From IMG/VR virus record IMGVR_UViG_3300044644_001125, positions 1-64,000 of that record: a DNA stretch of 64,000 bases; one strand, written 5' to 3'. Under the pieces are notes generated by a model. The model had not been told where the DNA came from. It saw nothing but the letters and a program-made list of their open reading frames with translations, and did not search any database. Position numbers and translations under genes: made by a program. Shown here piece after piece: positions 1 through 8,684 of the stretch; the first letter of the stretch is position 1, and each line of letters begins with the position of its first letter.

Positions 1-1
1 C

Positions 2-472
2 TACTTAATTGCAGTCGATACCAAAATGGTCAATGAAATTGTCTCAACTGGATACCAAGAAACCCACCAAGTTTGGACTAATCCCAATAGAGGGATTCAT
101 ACTAAAAAGAATCTTAACTTCTTTAGTCCACACAAAGGATGGAGCTCAGGTCCAACTGCTCTTTGGTTTGCCGCGTCTAATGGCCATTTGAAAATCTACA
201 TCCTTGGTTTTGACTTTCAAGGCATCGATGGAAAATTCAACAATGTCTACGCGGATACATACAATTACAAGAAAAGTAACGAAGCTGCTACTTATTACGG
301 TAATTGGGTTAACCAAACACAACGGATAATCGAAGAGTTTAAGCATATTAAGTTTACCAGAGTTGTTGAAGATAACGCGTTTAATCCTGAAATCTTCGGC
401 AATTTAAAAAACTTAAATACAGTTAGTTATAGCGAATTTCACGACATATTTCCTAATATACCGCGAAATTAA
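2..472 (+). CDS. 5'-truncated DUF115/Maf/MptE-like protein (putative sugar-related transferase)
   Basis: Frame is open from position 2 (YLIAVDTKMVNEI), so the gene starts upstream of the window; WSSGPTAL...IYILGFDF resembles the DUF115-family C-terminal motif. Confidence 0.5.
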   Translation, partial: YLIAVDTKMVNEIVSTGYQETHQVWTNPNRGIHTKKNLNFFSPHKGWSSGPTALWFAASNGHLKIYILGFDFQGIDGKFNNVYADTYNYKKSNEAATYYGNWVNQTQRIIEEFKHIKFTRVVEDNAFNPEIFGNLKNLNTVSYSEFHDIFPNIPRN

Positions 473-556
473 GCAAAAAACAAGCATTTTGAATACATTC
501 TTTTCAAGTGCGTTAAATATCAACACAGACTTATCAAACCCCAAAGGAGAACACTG

Positions 557-1339
557 ATGGCAAACTCATCCATTCTTGAAGAGATGTTAGAACATCTCGT
601 TAATGAAAACAGAACACAAGCGGAAGAATTATTCCACGACTACGTTGTGGCGAAATCACGCGAAATTTACGAATCTTTGTTAGAAGAATCTTACTCTGAC
701 GACGAAGCTGGTGATGACGAATACGAAGAAGCATTCGATTTCGGTAAATCAGCTAACGATGACGACTTCGGCGATGACGAAGACGACAAAGAAGACGATG
801 ACCAATTCGGCGAAAAAGAATTCGGTGACGAAGAAGAAGGCGAAGAAGGTTCTAAAGAAGAAATCTTCCAAAGTTTAGATGAAATCGTTGACGAATTACA
901 AGCTAAATTTGACGAACTTCGTGGCCTTACTGGTGCAGATGCAGCTAACGATGACGACTTCGGTGGCGATGCAACTGACGAATTGAATACTGAATTGGAT
1001 GACTCTGAAGACGAAAACGAATCTTTCGAATTAGAAACAGTTCGTGAATATGTTGAAAAAATCGGTACTGTTAAAGGCGGCGACAACGGCGCAAACGCAA
1101 AGTCTATCGTAGCTGGTAAAAATGATATGGGCGGTACTACTGCTAACTTGTTAAAAGGTGACACATCTGATACAGGCGGCACTCAAGGTGGCTTAGTTAA
1201 CCCTAAAACACAAGATTTGAAATCTGGAAACATCAATGTTCCAGGTGGTAAAGCAGGCGATGCTTTCAAAAAAGCTCCTGCTCCTAAAAAAGCAGACGAT
1301 GGCGCGAACTCAACTAGCTTATTTCGCAACAAACGATAG
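557..1339 (+). CDS. Highly acidic putative prohead core/internal head protein
   Basis: D/E-rich 260 aa ORF directly upstream of the prohead protease; AAGGAG RBS; TAAATA at 514-519. Confidence 0.6.
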   Translation: MANSSILEEMLEHLVNENRTQAEELFHDYVVAKSREIYESLLEESYSDDEAGDDEYEEAFDFGKSANDDDFGDDEDDKEDDDQFGEKEFGDEEEGEEGSKEEIFQSLDEIVDELQAKFDELRGLTGADAANDDDFGGDATDELNTELDDSEDENESFELETVREYVEKIGTVKGGDNGANAKSIVAGKNDMGGTTANLLKGDTSDTGGTQGGLVNPKTQDLKSGNINVPGGKAGDAFKKAPAPKKADDGANSTSLFRNKR

Positions 1340-1348
1340 GAAGCTAAC

Positions 1349-1975
1349 GTGAGAACTCCCTTAACTGAACATCTGAGTTTTGACCAAGCACACATCGTTC
1401 TTGAACACTCAAATGAAGGTGACCAAAAAGCTTTGCATCTTAACGGTATCTGCATCCAAGGCGATATCAAAAATGCAAATCAACGGGTCTACTCTTCTCA
1501 AGAAATCGGTAAAGCTGTTAAAACTCTTAACGAACAGATCTCAGGTGGCTACTCAGTTTTAGGCGAAGTTGACCACCCAGCAGACTTACGAATTAACCTC
1601 GATAGAGTCAGCCACATGATTACCAAAATGTGGATGGACGGTCCCAACGGCTACGGTAAACTTAAAATTTTACCAACTCCAATGGGTAAACTTATCGAAA
1701 CCATGCTAGAAGCCGGTGTAAAACTGGGAGTTTCAAGTAGAGGGTCTGGTGATGTAGATAACAACGGCTATGTCCAAGGTTTTGAAATCATTACCGTAGA
1801 TATCGTCGCACAACCTAGCGCACCAGGTGCTTACCCAACTCCCGTTTATGAACATATCATGAACGCAGCCGGTGGTAATACCGCTTTACGTATCGCTCAA
1901 GAAGTTCAAGGCGACCCAAAAGCACAGAAATACATCTCAGAGAGCTTGATGCGCATCATCAAGGGCCTGAACTAA
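1349..1975 (+). CDS. gp21: Prohead core protease (T4 gp21-like)
   Basis: NANQRVY, LGEVDHP..LRINLDRVSHMI and LGVSSRGSG motifs; lies upstream of scaffold and capsid genes; GTG start. Confidence 0.93.
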   Translation: MRTPLTEHLSFDQAHIVLEHSNEGDQKALHLNGICIQGDIKNANQRVYSSQEIGKAVKTLNEQISGGYSVLGEVDHPADLRINLDRVSHMITKMWMDGPNGYGKLKILPTPMGKLIETMLEAGVKLGVSSRGSGDVDNNGYVQGFEIITVDIVAQPSAPGAYPTPVYEHIMNAAGGNTALRIAQEVQGDPKAQKYISESLMRIIKGLN

Positions 1976-1999
1976 ATACACACAAGAGAGGAGAATCAC

Positions 2000-3088
2000 A
2001 TGCAGGATTTTGTAAAACAATTGTTTGAAAACAATGTGATTTCCGAGGATATGAAATCGGAAATTGAAAGCGCTTGGGAAAGTCGAATTCAAGAAAACCG
2101 TGATCAAGTCACTGCCACTCTACGTGAAGAATTTGCTCACAAATATGAGCACGATAAAGCCTCCTTACTCGAAGCTGTCGAAAACATGATTTCAGATAAA
2201 TTAGCTTCTGAACTTCAAGATTTCGCTGAAGACCGTCAAGGACTTATCGAAGCAAAAGCAAAATATGCTATGAAAATTGCTAAAGATACCAAAGCCATGG
2301 AATCTTTCGTTATGCAAAACCTTAGCAAAGAACTTGCCGAACTTAATGAAGACCGTAGAGCCGTTGCAGATAACATATCTAAATTGGAATCTTTTATCGT
2401 GGATGCACTAGCGAAAGAAATCGCAGATTTCCACACAGACAAAAAAGACTTAGCCGAAACTAAAGTTCGTTTAGTTAGAGAAAGTAAAGCTAAGTTCGAA
2501 GAAGTCAAAAAAGATTTCATTGCTCATTCAGCAGCTATCATCGAAAGCACCGTGACCAAAGGTCTTCGTGCAGAAATGACACAACTGAAAGAAGATATCG
2601 AATCAGCTCGCAGAAATGACTTCGGTCGCAGAATTTTTGAAAGTTTTGCCAGCGAATACGCAGCTAGTCACCTTAACGAGAAATCGGAAACTGTTAAATT
2701 GATGCAAGTCATTCAACAAAAAGAGATCGAGTTGGAAGAAGCAGCAAAAATCGTAGTACAAGCTAAACAACTCGCTGAAAGCAAAGAAGCTCAAGTACGA
2801 GTTCTTAAAGAATCAACTCAACGCAAAGACGTTCTTAACGAACTTCTCGGCCCATTAGTTGGCGATAAAAGAATCGTTATGAGTGAACTGCTCGAATCGG
2901 TACAAACAGATAAACTGTACGCAGCTTACGACAAATACCTACCTGCCGTCTTAGACAGCGGTGCTAGAACTTCTCGTAAAACTCTTACAGAATCTACAGA
3001 GATTACAGGTAACAAACAGGTACCGTCTTTCAGTGAAAAGACTGCCGAACTCACAGACATCCGCAGACTTGCGGGATTATCAGCTTAA
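2000..3088 (+). CDS. gp22: Prohead core scaffold protein (T4 gp22-like)
   Basis: Long coiled-coil, E/K/A-rich protein between protease and major capsid genes; GAGGAG RBS; CTAAATA at 1972-1978. Confidence 0.85.
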   Translation: MQDFVKQLFENNVISEDMKSEIESAWESRIQENRDQVTATLREEFAHKYEHDKASLLEAVENMISDKLASELQDFAEDRQGLIEAKAKYAMKIAKDTKAMESFVMQNLSKELAELNEDRRAVADNISKLESFIVDALAKEIADFHTDKKDLAETKVRLVRESKAKFEEVKKDFIAHSAAIIESTVTKGLRAEMTQLKEDIESARRNDFGRRIFESFASEYAASHLNEKSETVKLMQVIQQKEIELEEAAKIVVQAKQLAESKEAQVRVLKESTQRKDVLNELLGPLVGDKRIVMSELLESVQTDKLYAAYDKYLPAVLDSGARTSRKTLTESTEITGNKQVPSFSEKTAELTDIRRLAGLSA

Positions 3089-3099
3089 GGAGAACATAT

Positions 3100-4269
3100 A
3101 TGTCACAATTATTAGAATCACGTTGGTCAGAAACCAAAGAAGCACTTTTGGAAGGCTTACAAGGGAACAAAAGAACTGTTATGTCAACTGTTCTTGAAAA
3201 TACCCGCAAACAATTATCAGAATCTGCAACTGCAGGTGCTACTTCTGCAGGTAACGTTGCAACATTAAACCGCGTTATCTTACCAGTTATTCGTCGTGTT
3301 ATGCCGACTGTTATCGCAAATGAATTAGTTGGTGTACAACCAATGACTGGTCCTGTTGGCCAAATCCACACTCTTCGTGTGCGTTATTCTGATTCATTTA
3401 CTGGTTCAGCTGGTGGTTCAACAACTGCTGGTGACGAAGCATTATCACCATTCAAAATTGCTGAAGGTTACTCAGGTAACACTAACGGTAAAGCTGATGC
3501 AACTGCAGCAAAAGAAGCGGTAGCTGGTAACAAACTAAGCATCCAAATCTTAAAACAAACCGTTGAAGCAAAATCACGTAAATTGTCAGCACGTTGGACT
3601 TTCGAAGCTGCACAAGATGCACAAGCTCAACAAGGAATTGACATCGAAGCAGAAATCATGGCTGCATTGGCACAAGAAATCACTGCTGAGATCGATCAAG
3701 AAATCTTGTCAAGTTTGTCAACTTTAGCTGGTACTAACAACCTTATCGCTTGGAACCAAACTCAAGTTTCTGGTGTTGCTACTTTCGTTGGTGATGAACA
3801 TGCTTCATTGGCTGTTGCTATCAACCGAGTTGCAAACACTATCGCACAACGCACACGTCGTGGTGCTGGTAACTGGGCTGTTGTTTCACCAACTGCTTTA
3901 ACCATTTTACAATCAGCTACTACTTCAGCATTTGCTCGTACTACTGAAGGTACTTTCGAAGCGCCAACCAATACTAAATTTGTTGGTACATTGAACAGTG
4001 CAATGAAGATTTATGTTAATACATACGCAGCTAACGACGATGTATTGATCGGTTATAAAGGTACGACCGAAACTGATTCGGCTGCTTTCTTCTGCCCATA
4101 CATCCCCTTGATGTCAAGCGGCGTGGTACTTGACCCAAATACCTTCGAACCCTGCGTTTCTTTTCTTACCCGTTACGGTTACGCGGAACTCACCAATACT
4201 TCGAGCTCTTTGGGAAATTCTGCCGACTATTTGGGCAAAGTTACTGTTGCACAAGCATCATTCTTCTAA
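3100..4269 (+). CDS. gp23: Major capsid protein (T4 gp23-like)
   Basis: ELVGVQPMTGPVGQIHTLR, KSRKLSARWTFEAAQD, EITAEIDQEI and CPYIPL...FEP..SFLTRYG motifs. Confidence 0.97.
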   Translation: MSQLLESRWSETKEALLEGLQGNKRTVMSTVLENTRKQLSESATAGATSAGNVATLNRVILPVIRRVMPTVIANELVGVQPMTGPVGQIHTLRVRYSDSFTGSAGGSTTAGDEALSPFKIAEGYSGNTNGKADATAAKEAVAGNKLSIQILKQTVEAKSRKLSARWTFEAAQDAQAQQGIDIEAEIMAALAQEITAEIDQEILSSLSTLAGTNNLIAWNQTQVSGVATFVGDEHASLAVAINRVANTIAQRTRRGAGNWAVVSPTALTILQSATTSAFARTTEGTFEAPTNTKFVGTLNSAMKIYVNTYAANDDVLIGYKGTTETDSAAFFCPYIPLMSSGVVLDPNTFEPCVSFLTRYGYAELTNTSSSLGNSADYLGKVTVAQASFF

Positions 4270-4297
4270 GAACGTATCTTATTGTTTTTATTACACT

Positions 4298-4322
4298 AAA
4301 GCACCTTCGGGTGCTTTTTTGT
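4298..4322 (+). terminator. Rho-independent terminator after the capsid gene
   Basis: AAAGCACC-TTCG-GGTGCTTT followed by a T run; cUUCGg tetraloop. Confidence 0.9.
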
Positions 4323-4332
4323 TGCCTACCTA

Positions 4333-4394
4333 AAAAATAATTGAAAAATAATTGAAAAATAATGGTTGACATCTTGAAATACTAGAGATATACT
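4333..4394 (+). promoter_or_regulatory. Sigma70-type early promoter with three 11-bp upstream repeats
   Basis: TTGACA (4366-4371), 17 bp, TATACT (4389-4394); AAAAATAATTG x2 plus AAAAATAATGG at 4333-4365. Confidence 0.88.
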
Positions 4395-4425
4395 TCAATA
4401 AAACTAAACCTACAAAGGAAAACCA

Positions 4426-4884
4426 ATGACTACTATGAAAGAAAGAATTATTGAAATGGCTGATAAACAACGAGCTAGTACATTTGATTCTACGTTAAAA
4501 TCAAATCCAGATATGGCCTTATATGTACAAGGAGTTAAGGATATGTTAGGTACACGTAATACAAGTGAAACTGTTAGGTGTATAGTAACCAATGAAATGC
4601 CTAGTAAATGTCCATGTGGTAAAGTTGCATCGTACATTTCATTCAAAGATGGTTATCGTAAATACTGTGAGAATACTTGTCCAGCTAAAGGAAAAGCGCA
4701 TTCATCTAAAATGAAAGAAGTTTGGAAAGATCAAGACAAACTAGATAAGATGAATGAAACTAGAATGAATACTATGCAAGATAGATACCAAGCAAATGGA
4801 CCAATGCAAGTAGACGAATTTAAACAAAAGTGGATCACTAATCACGCAAACAAAACTGCGAATAATCACACCGAGGATATTTAA
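4426..4884 (+). CDS. Cys-rich protein resembling the N-terminal DNA-binding part of phage free-standing endonucleases (no nuclease domain seen)
   Basis: CPCG...GYRKYC..TC plus a helical (K/R)..T...RY repeat similar to ORFs 4887 and 38937. Confidence 0.5.
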   Translation: MTTMKERIIEMADKQRASTFDSTLKSNPDMALYVQGVKDMLGTRNTSETVRCIVTNEMPSKCPCGKVASYISFKDGYRKYCENTCPAKGKAHSSKMKEVWKDQDKLDKMNETRMNTMQDRYQANGPMQVDEFKQKWITNHANKTANNHTEDI

Positions 4885-4886
4885 TC

Positions 4887-6446
4887 ATGACCGATACGAC
4901 AGAAGAAGTAATTGAACAACTAAAAGATAAGCTAAGACACTTGGCAGCAACAACATCCAGTAAACACTTGGTGAAGGTAGTTAAACATCGACACCCAGAT
5001 CTAGTGGAAGTGATAACGAAATGCCATGGTGTTGAATTCCCTGAAAAGATGTATCAATTCTTACGTAACGAACCACACATTTGTCCAATAGGAAATAAGT
5101 ACAAGTTTGAGTCATTTGTCGATGGATATAAGAAATGTGGTAAAACTGGAAAATGCAAGTGTGCGAGTGCAATTGTTAGTAAGAAAGTATCAGATGATAA
5201 GCAATCTTATTCACCTGAACGTAAACAGGAAATAAACGCAAAGCGTGAAGCTACCAACTTACGCGATCATAATGTTAGTAACATTGGGCAAATCAAAAAA
5301 GCTAAAGATGCGCATGCTGCATTTTATGCAGATGACGAAAAAGTAGCAGAAGCAACCGCTAAGAACAAAGCAACCAAGTTATTGAATCATGGAAACGAGA
5401 ATTACAATAACATGGAACAAACCTTGAAAACTCGTGCTGAAAAATACAATCCTCAGTATTGGGCTGACAAGTACAATAATCAAAATTACCTAACATTGTA
5501 TGATAGGGATATGATGGAATTCTTAGTGAACAACTATACAATTCCAGAAATTGCAAGTTTATTACTGGTAACAACATCTACGGTTTGCCGCCATTTAAAT
5601 AGGCTTGAACTTAGAAGCCCATTTCAAAGTTCAGAAGAATTAGAAGTTGTTAGATTCTTGGAATCGTTGGGTATTACCAGTATCATTCGTAATTCAAGAA
5701 AGTTATTGGGTAATCGAAAAGAAATCGACATATACCTGCCTGATTTGAAAGTCGCCATTGAGTATAATGGTGTGTTTTGGCATCATACTGAGGTTCCGCA
5801 TATTACGGAATCATATCACTATGATAAGTTTAAAGTAAGCGAAGAACGCGGTATTAAGTTAATTACGTTATTTTCGAGTGTATGGAAAGCTAAACGAGAA
5901 CAAGTTCAATTGGAGTTAATCAACTCACTTGGGTTGAATACGATGACTGCACTTGCAAATGAATGTGATATTCGAATTATTTCTGAACACGAAGCCAATA
6001 GATTTCATACTTTATTCAATGTACTTGATGCCACTGACTCTGAAATTAGTTATGGACTTTTCTTTTCTGGTATGTTAGTATCTGTCATGTCTTTCCATAT
6101 TGCAGACGATGTAACTATTTCACGATACACATATCACACTGACGTTGTCGGCGGCACTAAAAGATTGTTGAATGCGTTTATTGATACATTTAATCCATCT
6201 AGGTTGGTTGCGTATACCGAAAACGAATGGATGTTGGGTGAAGTGTATAGTAAGGAAGGCTTTGTATTAGAACAAGACGTAAATCCAGTATGTTGGTATC
6301 TAAGTGACCGTTCTGAAGAATTATACACAGAGGTAGTCGAAGAACTAGTTGATACCGAGGATGAAGAAACAGGTGAACTCATTAAACGTTCCAAATTCAT
6401 GAAGGTTTGGAGTTGTGGTGGTAGAAAATGGGTTCTTGATATTTAA
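4887..6446 (+). CDS. Hef-like free-standing homing endonuclease (Vsr/PD-(D/E)XK-type)
   Basis: SSEELEV..FLESLG, EIDIYLPDLKVAIEYNGVFWH, YHYDK...RGIKLITLF..W, plus a C-terminal GNAT-like segment (ISRY...VVGG.KRLL...LGF-like). Confidence 0.75.
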   Translation: MTDTTEEVIEQLKDKLRHLAATTSSKHLVKVVKHRHPDLVEVITKCHGVEFPEKMYQFLRNEPHICPIGNKYKFESFVDGYKKCGKTGKCKCASAIVSKKVSDDKQSYSPERKQEINAKREATNLRDHNVSNIGQIKKAKDAHAAFYADDEKVAEATAKNKATKLLNHGNENYNNMEQTLKTRAEKYNPQYWADKYNNQNYLTLYDRDMMEFLVNNYTIPEIASLLLVTTSTVCRHLNRLELRSPFQSSEELEVVRFLESLGITSIIRNSRKLLGNRKEIDIYLPDLKVAIEYNGVFWHHTEVPHITESYHYDKFKVSEERGIKLITLFSSVWKAKREQVQLELINSLGLNTMTALANECDIRIISEHEANRFHTLFNVLDATDSEISYGLFFSGMLVSVMSFHIADDVTISRYTYHTDVVGGTKRLLNAFIDTFNPSRLVAYTENEWMLGEVYSKEGFVLEQDVNPVCWYLSDRSEELYTEVVEELVDTEDEETGELIKRSKFMKVWSCGGRKWVLDI

Positions 6447-6536
6447 TTACAACTTTAATGTGAATGACCATGATAGAATCAAGAAATAACAAACAGCTTA
6501 ATAAGCTAAATCCACAATTAACCTTGGAGTTTTCAG

Positions 6537-7379
6537 ATGAAACATCCGTATGAATATACCGTAATGGATAGCGATAGATTGGCTGCGTACATGAACCACG
6601 AAATACTTAGATATTGCAAATTACCGATTGATTCTGATAGAACTGATTCGTTACTTAATGCGTATCGAATGTCAGATGACAAAAAGTTAGCGAAAAGCAT
6701 AGATTTGTCTGGATGTAATGAATGTTTAGCAGCTATATATACCAACCCAATGAATCTTGAATTGGTCAAGTATCAAACAGAATTCCTATGTTTGGAAGCA
6801 GTAAAACTATATGGGTTTACATTAAGGTTTGTTAGAACGCAAACACCCGAAATATGCTTGGAAGCAGTGAAAAACTATCATTTGGCATTGCAGTGGGTTA
6901 AGAACCAAACACCCGAAATATGTTTGGCTGCTGTTGAGAAAAATGGATATGCGTTGCAGTACGTAAAAAACCAAACAGAAGAGATTTGTTTAGCTGCATT
7001 GCATTCCGAACCACGATCATTCTATATGATTAATGATCAAGAAGATTATATTGAATTAGCATTAAAGCTGGATTCATATAATATACGATTCGTTAAAAAT
7101 AGAACACCTGCAATGTGCATGGCATTAATTGACATGGATCCACTAGCGATATTTCACATAAACAGACCATCGCCTGAACTCTGTTTATATGCCATTCGAA
7201 AAGATTTACGTGCGATCGGATCGGTTCATTTTAGATGCATCCCAGAAGGTCCGATAAAAGTCGAATTGGCTAAGTGGTGTATGCAAGCTATCGTGAAATA
7301 TGGTGACAAGCTACGACATTATGAAGATTGCTGGTTTTTACCCAATCTCAAACACGAATTGGGTTATACCGTTAGATAA
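6537..7379 (+). CDS. DUF4116-like repeat protein
   Basis: Tandem QTPEICLEAVK.NG.AL.YVKN repeats. Confidence 0.75.
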   Translation: MKHPYEYTVMDSDRLAAYMNHEILRYCKLPIDSDRTDSLLNAYRMSDDKKLAKSIDLSGCNECLAAIYTNPMNLELVKYQTEFLCLEAVKLYGFTLRFVRTQTPEICLEAVKNYHLALQWVKNQTPEICLAAVEKNGYALQYVKNQTEEICLAALHSEPRSFYMINDQEDYIELALKLDSYNIRFVKNRTPAMCMALIDMDPLAIFHINRPSPELCLYAIRKDLRAIGSVHFRCIPEGPIKVELAKWCMQAIVKYGDKLRHYEDCWFLPNLKHELGYTVR

Positions 7380-7401
7380 CCAACCCAACACTTCATTCAA
7401 A

Positions 7402-7426
7402 AGAAAGCACCCGAAGGGTGCTTTCT
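7402..7426. terminator. GC-rich hairpin, probable terminator (U-tract better on the minus strand)
   Basis: Perfect 11-bp inverted repeat AGAAAGCACCC-GAA-GGGTGCTTTCT. Confidence 0.65.
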
Positions 7427-7521
7427 GCATTCTAGTCCCATGATAATCCCACGATAAATCCATAAACCCACAAATCCAACCATAATAAATACCAACAACA
7501 CTAAAACAGAGGGTATATATT

Positions 7522-8214
7522 ATGGATATTGAAGAGATCTTATATTATTATTTTGACGAGAATGAAGACGATGATTTGACAATTGACTTTCATGACTGGA
7601 GTGATCCAGAGTTTTGTTATTATGCGATGTTATGGAATGGGATGAATTTAAAGTATGCGAAGTATCAGGATGCAGGTATTAGGTATGCAGCGGTAGAGCA
7701 GAATGGAATGGCTATACAGTATGCGAAGAGAAAACCGCAGTATCTTTGTCATATGGCTGTGCAAGATGATGGTATGGCGTTGCAGTTTATCAAGAAGCAG
7801 GAAAGGTATATTTGTAAGTCTGCAATTCAGAATGATCCAAGAGCATTTAGATTCGTAATTAACCAAGATGAAGAGTTGTGTCAGATGGCTATTGATTTGG
7901 ATCCAAGAAATATTAGATTTGTCAAAGAAAAGACCCCTTTGTTATGTAAGTTAGCTATTGATACGAATCCATTTGCGATATTTGAAATTGAGATGCCTTC
8001 GGTTGAGTTGTGTGCGTATGCGGTGATGCAGGATTTGAGGACTATTGGTGCTGCAAATCATTATACGTTAGCGAGTCCATGGAAGGAGTTTTTCGAGCAT
8101 AATCGATTAATGGCTATGATGAAGTTTGGTGATAAGATGGTAAAGGATGGTAAGGATAGATGGAGTTACAATGGAATGATGTATGTACCTGGTCTTGGCA
8201 TCCCTGAATATTAA
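7522..8214 (+). CDS. DUF4116-like repeat protein (paralogue of 6537..7379)
   Basis: AVEQNGMAIQY, AIQNDPRAFRFVINQDEELC repeats; ATAAATA at 7485-7491. Confidence 0.72.
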   Translation: MDIEEILYYYFDENEDDDLTIDFHDWSDPEFCYYAMLWNGMNLKYAKYQDAGIRYAAVEQNGMAIQYAKRKPQYLCHMAVQDDGMALQFIKKQERYICKSAIQNDPRAFRFVINQDEELCQMAIDLDPRNIRFVKEKTPLLCKLAIDTNPFAIFEIEMPSVELCAYAVMQDLRTIGAANHYTLASPWKEFFEHNRLMAMMKFGDKMVKDGKDRWSYNGMMYVPGLGIPEY

Positions 8215-8290
8215 AGCTAAATACATCATCTAAGTAATTATGCAGAATCCCTCTGCGTAGACCTAGAACGTCAACTATAAGGAGAAACAA

Positions 8291-8674
8291 ATGGGACGTC
8301 CGTTAAAAAGAGATGTGAATGGTGTGGAAGTATTTGGTACATACGTAGGTGATGCTGGTATTCGTTGTGAAGCGTATATTGGTGGAAGTAATCAAAGTGA
8401 TGTATACATTGCACGTCAACGCGGTTCAAAAACATATCTAGTACATGATGTAAGTGCAAGCACTGAAGTGAAAGCAAGATTGGTAGCAGGTACACCTGCG
8501 GCTGTTGGTGAGATGCGTATTACTGGATATATTGATGGAGCAGATACACCGATTTACTTGAGAAAGTTAACTAAAAAGTCGGCAATTGATTTCAATGACA
8601 ACAAATATCATTGGGTATTGACCAACTATCAAGATTCTACAGCTGATCAGATCAAATTGACTCCATTCGTTTAA
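8291..8674 (+). CDS. Putative virion structural protein
   Basis: First gene after late-type promoter CTAAATA (8217-8223); AAGGAG RBS; heads the fibre block. Confidence 0.5.
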   Translation: MGRPLKRDVNGVEVFGTYVGDAGIRCEAYIGGSNQSDVYIARQRGSKTYLVHDVSASTEVKARLVAGTPAAVGEMRITGYIDGADTPIYLRKLTKKSAIDFNDNKYHWVLTNYQDSTADQIKLTPFV

Positions 8675-8684
8675 GGAGTAGCCC

